From Candidatus Poribacteria bacterium (GTDB taxonomy: Bacteria; Poribacteria; WGA-4E; WGA-3G): a stretch of 64,000 bases of DNA. Positions 42,848-54,237 of the stretch are shown here, piece by piece. The stretch spans positions 1,376,001-1,440,000 of the forward strand of contig CBDANF010000002.1 in assembly GCA_965197475.1 (NCBI GenBank), given 5' to 3'. A model generated the notes under the pieces. It did not search any database and had not been told where the DNA came from. It saw only the letters and a list, made by a program, of their open reading frames with translations. Within the stretch, counting starts at the first letter, position 1; each line of letters opens with the position of its first letter. The translations under genes were made by a program, and so were the position numbers.

Positions 42848-43655
42848 TTAAGGGTCAATAAACGGTTTCATATCCCAAAGCAGGATAGTGCCGTCGTAGC
42901 TACTACTTGCCAAAAGTGCGCCATCCTTTGAAAAAGCGAGATTTTGCACATCCGAGGTATGCCCCCAGAAGGTATGGATGTTTTCCCCAGTGGCAACCTC
43001 CCACAAACGGATGGAGACTTTGTCTGTTTTCCGCCACCAAGAACCGGAGGCAAGATACCGACCACATGGTGAAAACACCACGACACCAACATGGGAGCAA
43101 CTCTCAGGTAGAATCATCCCCATGTGAGGCTCCAAAGTTGCAGCGTCCCACAGATGAATCCCACCGTATAATCCAGCAGCCAAAAAAGTACCGCAAGGTG
43201 AAAATGTAATCGAATGGAGATACTTTGAAGGTTTGTAACGTGGCTGGATTTGTCTCTGGATTTGTCGCATATCTCCTTTATATAGGGCAACAAAGGTGGA
43301 ATCTACAGCAGGTGAACCGAGTTGTTCACCACTCGTAACGTCCCAAATAGATATACCATATCTCCCGTCAGCAGTAGCGAATCGCTTTCCGTTGGGGTGA
43401 AAGGCTGTTGTCCGAAGCGGCTCTGCATGCTCTATAAATGCGTGCTGCTTTTCCCAACCTTGGACACGCCACACAACAAGTTTTCCATCTATATCACCGC
43501 TGATGAGGTGTTCCCCTGATGGTGAAAACACCACGGTGGTGATAAGGCTTTGGTGTCCGGTGAGTTCTGCTATTCGGGTTCCGGAGGTGATGTTCCAGAC
43601 TTCAAGCGTTTGCCCATTTTCTCCGATGAGTGCCAACAATTCTTCACAAGGAGAC
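42848..43655 (-). pseudogene. WD40-repeat protein, 5'-truncated by IS3
   Basis: GH..WD repeats; C-terminus paralogous to the downstream gene. Confidence 0.8.
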
Positions 43656-44900
43656 TGTACTGCCACCGGAAATTCGGGCCGCTCTCTAAGACAAGATTAT
43701 GGTATAATATCCATCTCCTTGAAAGGAGTATCCGATGGCGAAACGAAAACGAAGAAACTTCACCCCCGAGTTTAAAGCCGAAGTTGTTCTTGAGGCTCTC
43801 AGCGTTGAAAGTTCCCAAGCAGAAGTGTGTCGGCGACATAACCTCATCGATGAACAACTTTCAAAGTGGAAGCGACAGCTTCTTGAAAAAGCGGCGACCC
43901 TCTTTGAACCCGCTGATAAACAGTCTGATGCCTCTGCGGAGCGGATCGCCCAACTTGAGCAACTCGTTGGGCGGTTGACCTTGGCACTTGACATCCAAAA
44001 AAAAGCCTCAACTTACTTGAGTTAGCCTCGATGGAGCAGCGAGAAATGGTTACGGCATTACGGACAGACTTTTCGGTTCGGCAGATATGTGAGACACTCG
44101 GTTTCAACCGAAGCAACCTCTATTATCACTCCAAGCAGGCCCCGTGTGAAGCGGGCCTCCAGGATGAAATAGAGACGTTATCTTTGCTATATCCAACATA
44201 CGGATATAGGCGTCCCACACAGTTGTTGGTGCGTAACGGATACACCATCGGGTATAAACGTGTTGCCCGATTGATGAAGTCCGCCAACCTCTCGGTTTCT
44301 GTCAAGCGTGTCTGTCAAACCACGACATCCGTTGCGGGTGTGCGTCCCTGGAGCAATCGCCTTGAAAACCTTGATGTCTCCCGATGTGATCAGGCCTGGG
44401 TGGGCGATATTACCTACGTCCGCCTCAAAGGACACTTTATCTATGTTTGTCTGCTCATGGATGTCTTCACTCGCATGATCAGAGGGTGGCATATCAGTCA
44501 ACACTTGACGCAATCTCTGACGTTGAAACCCTTGGAGACAGCATTATGTCAAAGTGTCCCAGAGATCCATCATTCTGATCAAGGCGTTCAATATCTTTCA
44601 AATGCGTCCATCTCACTGCTTAGGCATCATGGGATTGAGATTTCAGTCGCCCGGAGAGGGTGTCCTTGGGAGAACGGATATGCTGAAAGACTTATCCGCA
44701 CGCTCAAGGAAGAAGAAGTTCATCTCAATGACTATGAGGACATCCACGAAGCAAGAACCCGCATTGGGCATTTTATTACACAAGTGTATAATCACAAACG
44801 CCCTCACTCTGCGTTAGGGTATTTGACACCTGTGGAATTTGAGCAAAAAAACTTGTCTTAACTTTGCTAAATTTTGGTCTGAATAAACGGTAGCACTTCA
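43656..44900 (+). mobile_element. IS3-family element (orfA 43735..44025, orfB to 44861, -1 frameshift at A8G ~43997)
   Basis: TG...CA imperfect TIR; FTPEFKAEVV; WVGDITY, HHSDQG, ENGYAER; no TSD. Confidence 0.92.
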
Positions 44901-45129
44901 CGTCTTTATATTGTATATTTCCTATAGGAAATGTTTCTGGGTTCTTAGGTACTTCTCCATTGTTTTGAAGCTCTAATACTTTGTAAGGATTAGTTGGATA
45001 TAAATAACCTGTTTCATCTTGAAATTTGATATAATCACCTATTGTTACTTCTGTTTTATCTAACCAAAATTCGTTTTCTATGAGAATCATATTGTCTTTG
45101 TTTATAGGATCTATCAATATATTAGACAT
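44901..45129 (-). pseudogene. AT-rich FGE-sulfatase domain fragment between IS3 and IS5
   Basis: FWLDKTEVTIGDY..F...TGY, FPIGNI motifs. Confidence 0.55.
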
Positions 45130-45138
45130 TATAATGAT

Positions 45139-45912
45139 TTAAATAACAGGAGTTTCATAACGCCAGGGTCTAAAGTTTAGTCGGAAGTTGTGTAAACCAC
45201 AACAAGTTTCCATAACTAAATCACAAAACCCTTTCTTCCAATTCCTGAGTTTATCTTTGACAATGCGGCATCTTTTGACACCACTAATCGCATGTTCAAC
45301 GCGTATGCGTATAGACGCTATCTTTCTATTGTTTTCTTTTTCTTCATTCGTCCGTTCTCTACCTCTCGGTTTTTTCTTCGGTTGAATGATGTTTATATCC
45401 GGGAGAACGAAACCCTGAAAACCGGTATCTTGGGACAATGTGCTACCCTGTGGCACACAATAGCCCACCATATCGGCTATGTGTTTGTCATGGTGTCTTC
45501 CTTCAAAAGAAGGTGTCAATAGGACGACTTTGCAGGCCTCATTGATAATCAGATTATTTTTCACTGTATGGCATTTCTTTTTACCACTATAATACGCCTT
45601 TTGAGTTGATGGGTCTTTTGGGCGTCGTATAGGGCGTTCGGTGCTATCATGAAAAAAATGTTCTCCTTCTTGATTTTGAGTTGATACTTTTGATGGAGCA
45701 CATATAGGGGCGGGGTCTGTTTCCCGAGATGGCAACTCTCCAAGTTCTGCTAATGCTTTGTTCAATATCGATAAAAGCAAGTGAATCCATCTATTAGCAA
45801 GAGGTTGAGACATGCCAAAGAGCGCACCGAATAGCACTTGTTTCGGTGCTTCACGAAGGTAAATCAGTATAAATAGCAACATATCTTCAGGTGTATCAAA
45901 ACGACTATTTTT
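45139..45912 (-). pseudogene. IS5-family (DDE_Tnp_4) transposase, 5'-truncated by IS1
   Basis: DSTERPIRRP, YSGKKKCHTVK, DTGFQG, RIRVEHAI. Confidence 0.85.
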
Positions 45913-46004
45913 GAGGGTATTGGTTAAATAATGATGCAAGAATTAGCGGGATACCCTCTGAACCGCGCTGCATCATATTTCAGTTGCGGTAATGATAACA
46001 CTTA

Positions 46005-47360
46005 CTGATATTTCTCAGAATAGTCTTGAACCTAATAATAATCAATAGAAACAAGGTATAGCACCATGAAAATGCGTTTTTGCTGTGTCCATTTTCCTTG
46101 ACTTTTATAGCATGAGATAGCATCCTAATTACAGATTTGAATATAAACAAACATTAGGAGGATATCTCATGCTAACTCAGCTTATCAAATCTACCACTTT
46201 TTTTCAAGAACTTCTATCTTCACAGTTTCGGACCTTGAAACAGCATTTTGTTCATACCTTAGTGTTTTTGTCAACCTGCCATCTGTTTGGGCTCACTAAC
46301 CCGGATCAAGTGGCGGATGCGTTGTCTATTCCGAAAACGAGGCTATATCGGGAACTGAACACGATGAGTCTTTATCTCTGGCAGCATCTTTTTGTGCGTA
46401 TCGGGTGTTCTATTGCGTTAGAGGTGCTACAGGAGGCAGTATCAAAAAGTGCTGCTTCTCTATCGCGTCTGTGTATCGTCATCAGTGTGGATGATACCTT
46501 TCTTTTCCGCTATGGAGAGGGTCTCGCCTACACATCCAATTGGTGGTCTTCTCAAGCAAAACAGCCGATGAAGGGGCAAAATATATTGGGGATCGTCCTA
46601 AAGATTGGAAAACGGATCATTCCCCTGAATATGCGACTGATCAGCAAACAAGGCCGCGGGAATACGGATAAACCCTCCTGTGTCATCACTATGTTCAAGG
46701 AAATCTTGTCTTTCTTTGAAGGGACCGGAATAGATATCCGAAACTATCCGGTCACCTTTGATTCGTGGTATGGTAGCCGCCACTTGATTGACACCTTGCG
46801 AGAAATGGGATTTGAAACGATCCTTGTGCACGGAAAAAGCAACTATGTGATGACGATTGATGAAAAAAGGGCGAAACTCTCGGAACATAAAAAGTCGATC
46901 CAACTCCTCTCCAATCAATGGGGGTGCGATAAACCGGTCTATCGGACTAAAGCCACAAGTCCAACTTTTGGAAAAGTAGTGGTGTTGTTCTTTGCAGACC
47001 GTGGCAAAGTCCGAACAATGCTCGTATTCGGGAAACCACTCCGTGCTTGTGAAATCCTGCGGATATGGTCTCAACACCACGGTATAGAACAGTATTGGCG
47101 GTATCTAAAAACAGACCTAAACCTTGCATCCATGAGCCTAAAAGGACGGAATGGCGCGTATGTGAACTTAGGTGTGAAAGTGATGAGCTACCTTTTGATA
47201 CAGCAGGTCAGTCGCTCCGTGCGAAAAACCTTTCATCAAGGACAACTTGAACTTTCAGGACAGAGGCAGATGCTGTCTGATCTCAGCGAGCATTTTCATG
47301 AACAAATACCAAGAAAACATTGATAAACATTGACATATGAAGAATTTTGATAAATATCAG
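46005..47360 (+). mobile_element. IS701/IS4-like element (transposase 46169..47323)
   Basis: TIR CTGATATTT(C/A)TCA(G/A)AAT; 5-bp TSD ACTTA; VDDT, FDSWY, IEQYWRYLK. Confidence 0.88.
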
Positions 47361-47470
47361 ACTTATAACGAGAGTTGTCAATGAAAAAATCAGACTGATT
47401 TTCATTGACTTATATGCCTAAAACCTGTATCCTCATTGAAACAACTCATTTCTACTCACAGGAGGATACC

Positions 47471-48199
47471 ATGAAAGCGTGTCCAAGATGTCAACATATT
47501 CACTTCGTCAAAAACGGGTTCGTCAACGCAAAACAACGCTATAAATGTCCAAGTTGCCACTATCAATTCACACGCAAAACACCACGAGGTAAACCCCAGA
47601 CACATAAAACCCTCGCTCTGCTCTTGGACTGCCACGGTATTTCAATGAATGCTATCTCAAAACTCTTCAACATTCATGTAACAACTGTTCTCAAATGGGG
47701 ACGCTCCTATGCGAAAAAACACGCCCCGAAACGGACATTTTCACCCGGATCCACCGTAGTTTTGGAGCTTGATGAAATGTGGCATTATATCGGAAAGAAG
47801 AAAAACAAACTTTGGATATGGAAAGCACTTGACAGGAACACAGGATACCTCATAGATTGGCAATGCGGCGGACGCAACACAGAAACCCTTGAAAAACTGA
47901 CGCATCGCCTCAAAGCCTTGAATGTCAAAATGTCCTACACCGACAAGTGGCAGGTGGACGAATCCATCCTACCTGCTTCAAAACATGTTCAAACGAAGGC
48001 GGAGACACATCGCATTGAACGCAACAATTGCTTGATGCGGCACTGGTTCGGCCGGTTCAAACGTCCGTCCATTATTGTTTCAAAAAGTGTGGAGATGGTG
48101 AACCTAACGATTGCCTTGTTCGCACGATTTCGTGTTAATGGAGACGTGTTTGACATTTTAAAACTTGGCGGAATGGAAACCATGAATATCATTAGTTAG
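47471..48199 (+). CDS. IS1-family transposase (single ORF)
   Basis: CPRC..KNG..QRYKC, ELDEMW, YTDKW, IERNN. Confidence 0.9.
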   Translation: MKACPRCQHIHFVKNGFVNAKQRYKCPSCHYQFTRKTPRGKPQTHKTLALLLDCHGISMNAISKLFNIHVTTVLKWGRSYAKKHAPKRTFSPGSTVVLELDEMWHYIGKKKNKLWIWKALDRNTGYLIDWQCGGRNTETLEKLTHRLKALNVKMSYTDKWQVDESILPASKHVQTKAETHRIERNNCLMRHWFGRFKRPSIIVSKSVEMVNLTIALFARFRVNGDVFDILKLGGMETMNIIS

Positions 48200-48220
48200 G
48201 CAATACCCTCCATTTTTCTA

Positions 48221-49237
48221 TTAAGGATGCAATGCTGTTTTGACACCGCATTGAGCAATAGCATTATCAAACGCTTCCAAACCTTGTGTAATAGGAAACT
48301 GATCGGTTAGCAAGGGTTTGAACTTGATTGCTTTCTGTAGCAGGAGTTGGCGGGATTCTTCAAGGTTCGCACGGGAAAATGCCCACGATGCCATCAGTTT
48401 GTGTCCAGTGTAGTGAAATTCTTCCAAGTTAATGCGAAGTTCCTCACCTTCCGGTGCAAGACCGAAGAAGTTGATGCATCCCCCTTTGCGTACAATCTGA
48501 AAAGCGAGGTTAATCACTGATGCATTATTGGTCGTAGCAGAGACAACGGTATCTACACCACCGTGGGTGATTTCTTGAAGGCAGGTTAAATCTTCAGGAA
48601 CAATGTCAAAAGCCGCATTGGCTCCGACAGTTTCTGCGACTGTCCTTCGGTGAGGAAGTGGATCAAGGACGTAAGTTGCTAAGCCTGTTCGTTTTGCCAA
48701 CTGCGTGAACATCAACCCAATGGGGCCGGCACCAAGGATAGCAACGGAGTTTTGGAAAATAGTTTCATGCATACCGTTCAGACAGCACCCTAACGGTTCA
48801 AGGAAGAGCAGTTCTTCTGGCGGGATACTGTCTGGCACTCGGATGAGTTTGCCGGTGTCGACACCGTGCTTTGGCATTCGGATGTATTCGGCGTAACCTC
48901 CATCAATATCGTGTCCGATACCTTTGATCGTATCACAATATTTGTCCCGGTCATTTTGGCAGTGCACACACTCACCGCAGGAGAGCATCGGATTCACGGT
49001 TACCCGTTCACCTATCTTGACATCCGGGTGCCGACTCTCGACTATTACACCTGCAAGCTCATGCCCCATCACAATAGGTGGTGCATAGTCTGATACATCA
49101 CCACGGAGTGCTGCGAGGTCAGATGTGCAGATTCCGCATAATTCCATCTGGATAAGCACATCCCTGTCATTGAGCGTAGGAATCGGTTTATCCTGGACGC
49201 TTAACTGCTGGATTTTTTCAAAAACGACTGCTTTCAT
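48221..49237 (-). CDS. Zinc-binding alcohol/sugar dehydrogenase
   Basis: CGICTSD, GHE, CGECVHC..C, GAGPIG. Confidence 0.92.
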   Translation of the reverse strand: MKAVVFEKIQQLSVQDKPIPTLNDRDVLIQMELCGICTSDLAALRGDVSDYAPPIVMGHELAGVIVESRHPDVKIGERVTVNPMLSCGECVHCQNDRDKYCDTIKGIGHDIDGGYAEYIRMPKHGVDTGKLIRVPDSIPPEELLFLEPLGCCLNGMHETIFQNSVAILGAGPIGLMFTQLAKRTGLATYVLDPLPHRRTVAETVGANAAFDIVPEDLTCLQEITHGGVDTVVSATTNNASVINLAFQIVRKGGCINFFGLAPEGEELRINLEEFHYTGHKLMASWAFSRANLEESRQLLLQKAIKFKPLLTDQFPITQGLEAFDNAIAQCGVKTALHP

Positions 49238-49315
49238 ATAGGGAGTTGGTTGGTGTAGGATCGTAAGAGCGAAGCCCGTGCTCCGCTCTTGCTTATAGGA
49301 TTAGTAGTCTGGTAT

Positions 49316-50344
49316 TTACTCAAACTCATAAGGTACTGTTTCAGACTGATGCGTCTTTGACGATTTTTCTGCCAAATCCATGATGGCAATCACACGGCGA
49401 GCAGACTCAGGCGTTACAAGCAACGGTGTCCCGTCGTTTAAGTGCGCAACGATATTTTCGTAATAACGAGGTCCAGGTCTGCCATGATGACCTACTTTCT
49501 GCTCTTTCGGATGTCCTTCAACTTCGGATAAAACATGATATTGTCCGCCTTCAGAAACAATAGATCCGTGTGAACCGAGCATTTTCCATTTAGGTCCGCC
49601 GACCTTCGCAATATTAGACATCTGGATGTTTGCTGACGCACCATCAGCAACAAATTCCCCTTCTGCAAATCGAATAATAGCCTGCACGTGGTCTTCGTTG
49701 GTAATGTCTTTCCACACGAGATTCGGTTGAAAAAATCCGGTGACGTTAATCATTGGTGCCTCAAGAATGTTAAGTAGCCAGTCAAGGAAGTGTGCGCCCC
49801 AGTCATAGAATTGTCCACCAGAAATGGCTTTGACACTCCGCCACCAATTCGGGTTCGGCCTGCCGTAGCCACCGCCCCACATCTCAGCACTATAGACTTT
49901 TCCGATAACACCTGATTGAACAAGTTCGCGGAGCGTCCAAAAATCGGCATCCCATCGGCGGTTGTGGTGAACCGATAGCATCACATCATTTTCTTTCGCA
50001 GCGGTAATCATTTCCGTTGCTTCCGCAATTGTGACGCACATCGGTTTTTCAACGACAACGTGTTTGCCAGCGTTGTGGGCAGCAACGGTCGGATCGCAGT
50101 GTAGACTGTGAGGTAGCACGTTCGCTACGAGATCAACATCTTCGTCTGCAACGAGGTCTTCAACTGAGTTATAAGTTCGGATGTCGGGAAAATCCGCTTT
50201 CGCTGCCTTTGTCCGATCTGGATCAATGTCGCACACCGCAACACATGTGATGCCTTCTGTGCCCTGCATCATATTTGCGTGTGCTTTACCCATATTGAAT
50301 GCCGCTCCATAACCGAGAACAGCACCTTTAATAATATCTGCCAT
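49316..50344 (-). CDS. Gfo/Idh/MocA family oxidoreductase
   Basis: GKHVVVEKP, HHNRRWD, DWGAHFLD. Confidence 0.9.
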   Translation of the reverse strand: MADIIKGAVLGYGAAFNMGKAHANMMQGTEGITCVAVCDIDPDRTKAAKADFPDIRTYNSVEDLVADEDVDLVANVLPHSLHCDPTVAAHNAGKHVVVEKPMCVTIAEATEMITAAKENDVMLSVHHNRRWDADFWTLRELVQSGVIGKVYSAEMWGGGYGRPNPNWWRSVKAISGGQFYDWGAHFLDWLLNILEAPMINVTGFFQPNLVWKDITNEDHVQAIIRFAEGEFVADGASANIQMSNIAKVGGPKWKMLGSHGSIVSEGGQYHVLSEVEGHPKEQKVGHHGRPGPRYYENIVAHLNDGTPLLVTPESARRVIAIMDLAEKSSKTHQSETVPYEFE

Positions 50345-50611
50345 TATATGTCTTGGCTCCTTCTGTGCAAGGGGTTGTTACCCCGATTTCATTTATGAAT
50401 ATCTTATTATAGCATAGATGCGGGGGCGTGTCAAAAATTAAATTGGGAAAGGGTATAGAAATTTGACAATAGGTTACCCATCATCTTGTTTGTCGGGGAT
50501 GAGTCTGCGTGCCAACCCATGCTTTCTTACAAAGAAAGGGCAAGGCACAGAGACCTCGCCCTACAAATGATTTATAAGATGGACTGTAAAAAATCCGTTA
50601 TTCCTATATTA

Positions 50612-51382
50612 CTACTTGGCTTTAAGTTGTCCCCAAGTAACAGCGATCTTGCCAGATGCTTCTACAGCTGTTGGGTTATTCATCACCGATTCGATTTCGT
50701 CTGCGCTCAGTGCACGGTCATACAACCTCACCTCATCTACCTTGCCCTTGAAAAGGTATTCACGCGCAGCATGTTCATTCGTGTCTGCACCTATGAGAAA
50801 TTCCTGACTAAGATTGAAGTTAAGATTAGAGTCCTTTTCCCCTACAAGTTCCCCGTTTACGTAAAACATTAGTTTGCCGTCAGCAAAGGTGCCGGCAATG
50901 TGATCCCATTTACCAAGATTCACTGCCGGTCCTTGAATAGTTACCCATCCTCCATCGCCCCCCGTCCAAAACTCCCATGTATGCCCGGGTTCTGCGTAAA
51001 AGATATACCCACTTGTAGGTGGCTTATGACGAGAAGAAACAACAGCACGATGACCCGCACTCCCCGGTTCAACGTTTGCCCAAGCAGTTATGGTGAAAAC
51101 TTCTGGATTGAGATCTGCATGATACGGAACATTTACCTCATCTTGGACTTGGTCAAATTCCAATGCGCCGCCGAAGTATCCGTCGTTAGTCCATTGTGGA
51201 TCACCTATCAACGTTCCATCATGTCCGTTTCCAGTTGAGTCACTCGCAATGGTTCCTTCATTTTCATCAAATGCCCAGTACGCAACAAGACCGTCCTCAA
51301 CAGCATAACTTAATATCGGCAGTACCAAGAGACCGACAAAAAATATTGTTCCAAATATCAAAGTAATAGATTTCATTTTCAA
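50612..51382 (-). CDS. Secreted LamG-like jellyroll protein
   Basis: LVAYWAFDE, FKGKVDEVRLYDRAL, C-terminal AVEASGKIAVTWGQLK. Confidence 0.9.
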   Translation of the reverse strand: MKMKSITLIFGTIFFVGLLVLPILSYAVEDGLVAYWAFDENEGTIASDSTGNGHDGTLIGDPQWTNDGYFGGALEFDQVQDEVNVPYHADLNPEVFTITAWANVEPGSAGHRAVVSSRHKPPTSGYIFYAEPGHTWEFWTGGDGGWVTIQGPAVNLGKWDHIAGTFADGKLMFYVNGELVGEKDSNLNFNLSQEFLIGADTNEHAAREYLFKGKVDEVRLYDRALSADEIESVMNNPTAVEASGKIAVTWGQLKAK

Positions 51383-51581
51383 TTCCTTTCTGTTTAACAG
51401 TTATTGATTTATAGAGTTTTTTTCAAAGTATTATTGCAAGCGACACACAGAAACCCTTTCCAACCGCGTATCGCCGCAGTCAATCGTCAAAATTGTATTA
51501 GAACAACCTTGACAAAACTTATACACCATATCATTAATTTCTTCTATGCGATGTACGTAAAAGTCAGTTTTGCTGATGATG

Positions 51582-52367
51582 CTACTTGGCTTTGAGTTGT
51601 CCCCAAGTGACAGCGAGTTTACCAGATGCCTCAACAGCTAATGACTCACTTTCCATCACCGCTGCGATTTCATCTTCGTCCAGAACGCGGTCATATAACC
51701 GCACCTCATCAATCATGCCTCTGAAAAAGTAATTATGGTTTGCGGTCTCATTTGCTCCAGCACCTATTAGAAATTCCTGGGATGCATTGAGTACAATCTG
51801 AGAAGCTGTTTTTCCTACAGATTCACCGTTTACATAGAATTCCATCATACCATCAGCATAGGTACCAGCAAGATGATCCCATTCCCCAAGGTTCACATCA
51901 GGCCCTTGAACAGTTTTCCAAGGTATTGGTCCAGCACCAGTCCAAAACTGCCATGTATTGCCGGGTTCTGCGTAAAAAATATACCCCCTCACCTGCTGTG
52001 CATTTCCAGGAAGATCATCACGAGAAGAAACAACAGCACGATGATTTACGCTCCCGAGCTCAACGTTTGCCCAAGCAGTTATGGTGAAAACTTCTGGATT
52101 GAGATCTGCATGATACGGAACATTTACCTCATCTTGGACTTGGTCAAATTCCAATGCGCCGCCGAAGTATCCGTCGTTAGTCCATTGTGGATCACCTATC
52201 AACGTTCCATCATGTCCGTTTCCACTTGAGTCACTTGCGGTATCACCATCTTTTTCATTGAAATCCCAGTAGGCTACGATTCCGTCCTCAACATTCTGAG
52301 CGAACACCGGTTGCGTCATAAGCCCTACGATTAATAGTAAAGCAAATATGTTAAAAATAGTTTTCAT
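51582..52367 (-). CDS. Secreted LamG-like jellyroll protein (paralog)
   Basis: Same motifs; 165-bp identical block shared with neighbour. Confidence 0.9.
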   Translation of the reverse strand: MKTIFNIFALLLIVGLMTQPVFAQNVEDGIVAYWDFNEKDGDTASDSSGNGHDGTLIGDPQWTNDGYFGGALEFDQVQDEVNVPYHADLNPEVFTITAWANVELGSVNHRAVVSSRDDLPGNAQQVRGYIFYAEPGNTWQFWTGAGPIPWKTVQGPDVNLGEWDHLAGTYADGMMEFYVNGESVGKTASQIVLNASQEFLIGAGANETANHNYFFRGMIDEVRLYDRVLDEDEIAAVMESESLAVEASGKLAVTWGQLKAK

Positions 52368-52512
52368 TTCATTTCCTTATAGTTTTACTCCATTGATTTA
52401 TAGAGCGTTATAGTTAATAAAAATTTTTAAGAACCACACCCTTCCAACATTTTTAAAATTATAGTTTTGCCAATTGTGGCATTGCAGGGATAAGTCATGT
52501 AAAAAATACATC

Positions 52513-53498
52513 CGCTCATGTCAAGAGTAAGTGCTTTTGACAAGTTTTGCTATAAAATCAACACTGACAGCTTTTAGATTCATGACGAACTCACAGATTG
52601 CGACGTAACCGGCGAGGAACTTTTTATGAACGCCACGAAAGGGACGAAGGAAGTTTCGCAGCGTCGTCCAGGCACCTTCAATCGTCCTTGTATGGATCTC
52701 GTAAAGACCATCACCGTCTGCGTCTCTTGCCCACTCGCCATCCTTATGGAGAACAATCTCACGGGCGCGCTGAATACGGTTATAGCCACGCCAACCATCC
52801 GTATACACCGTTGAAGTCGGCAACGTCCACTGATGAACGTGTGTTGAAAGCGTCGCAGAATCGGTGTGCCGCACAACACGTAATCTCAGGAGACCGCTTT
52901 CGCGACCTTTCGTCCCAACAATAGGCGGACGATCATTGTCATAAGTCCCATGTCCCCTGCGTTTATTGCCACGCCGACGCGGCGGATCCGAAGCATCAAC
53001 GTGCTTATCGCCTTTTTCACCGGCGTTTTGAAACATCTCATCTGTTTCGACTTCAGCATCAGGTAAAGCAGCTTCGGGTTGTATCTGCTCTGCCGAAGTT
53101 TGGAGTTTACGTCTTATAGAAAGAACGGTTTGACGACTTAGACCCAGTTCACACCCGAGTTGTGCACTTGAAACACCTTGACAGACACCGCGCAAAAGCA
53201 GAACGACCTGTGAGGGACGAAACTGCGTGCCAGCAAAGACCGTCCCGGTATAGAGGTTGTAGATGCTCTCACAGTGTTTGCAGCGATACACTTGTAGACC
53301 ACTTGTTTCAGTCGGACGGAACTTGCGTGCCTCCGCCACGCTCGCTTGGCATTTTGGGCAACACAGCCCTTGAAGGTGGAAATGATCCAACACCCACGCT
53401 TGAGTTTTTTCTTCATCCAGGAGAGATTGTATTGGAAAGTCCATAGGTAACACGCTAACATAACTTTGAAAAAATAGCACTTACTTTTTACATGAGCC
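52513..53498 (-). mobile_element. IS1595-family element (transposase 53444..52521)
   Basis: TIR (C/G)GCTCATGT.AA.AGTAAGTGC; 8-bp TSD AATACATC; ETDEMF, YTDGW, TIEGAW. Confidence 0.92.
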
Positions 53499-53604
53499 AA
53501 TACATCTCAACTATTTATTTACGCAATGAGTAGTTTTGGACTTGAAAATTTTTCTCAAATTTTTTACTTGACAAAATCCTGCCAGTATAGTATCCTATTA
53601 ACAT

Positions 53605-53686
53605 CACGAAAACTTTGGTAGAGAATGTTACCCGCGTCGCAAGGCGCGGTCTCTACCATAACCAAGTAACATTGGAAAGTTTCGTG
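53605..53686 (+). ncRNA. Predicted structured leader RNA (same fold as 23993..24069)
   Basis: CACGAAAACTTT/AAAGTTTCGTG, GGTAGAGA/TCTCTACC, CCGCGTC-GCAA-GGCGCGG, CCAA/TTGG; bulge ATGTTAC complementary to GTAACAT; after TTGACA-N17-TATCCT. Confidence 0.65.
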
Positions 53687-53807
53687 TGTATAGTTCTCGT
53701 GAACCAAACAGTTAACATCATATTTATAGAATCAGCGACATAATAATCGCTTTGCATTTAGCTTATTACATCGCTGAAACCACTCCCTTTTACACAAGGA
53801 GACTATT

Positions 53808-54182
53808 ATGTCTTTGTTTTCAGATTGGAAAGAACGCAGGAAACACAAAGATAGAGATAAGTGGCTTATAAGGGAATTCCCTCGTCTTGCATTGACACAT
53901 TATGAAACCTTGCGTGATCTAAACCCTTCTGATACTCCCAAAAAGCAATTGTATGAAACGATTATTAGAGGGTTTGCTCTCACCTTTGGTGTGCCCAATG
54001 AAAAGCGCGATGAATTTACCGAATGCATTTTGCATACAGCAACTCTTGGTGAACCATCTGAACCTTTTGGTTTACGTATGATTGTTGTCTCACTTATATG
54101 CTCGACATGGAGCTTAAAGAGTGAACTATCTATTGCTGTAGCAATAACCAGCGTGTCAGAAGTAATCCCCGAATACTTATAA
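53808..54182 (+). CDS. Hypothetical passenger protein
   Basis: AAGGAG RBS, 124 aa. Confidence 0.7.
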   Translation: MSLFSDWKERRKHKDRDKWLIREFPRLALTHYETLRDLNPSDTPKKQLYETIIRGFALTFGVPNEKRDEFTECILHTATLGEPSEPFGLRMIVVSLICSTWSLKSELSIAVAITSVSEVIPEYL

Positions 54183-54237
54183 CAACTCTGACAACGAGGG
54201 GACCCTGTCCCCTCTAACTCCAAAGGAGATTAAAATC

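Larger units (their letters stand above)
45913..48210 (+). mobile_element. IS1-family element interrupted by a nested IS
   Basis: Ends GAGGGTATTG / CAATACCCTC; homologous to 1..567. Confidence 0.85.

Noticed and set aside
53605-53686. Leader RNA as hammerhead ribozyme, tRNA or known riboswitch
   Set aside because: No CUGAUGA/GAAA core, no T-loop, and no nucleotide conservation between the two copies as a ligand pocket would need; an Rfam search is still required
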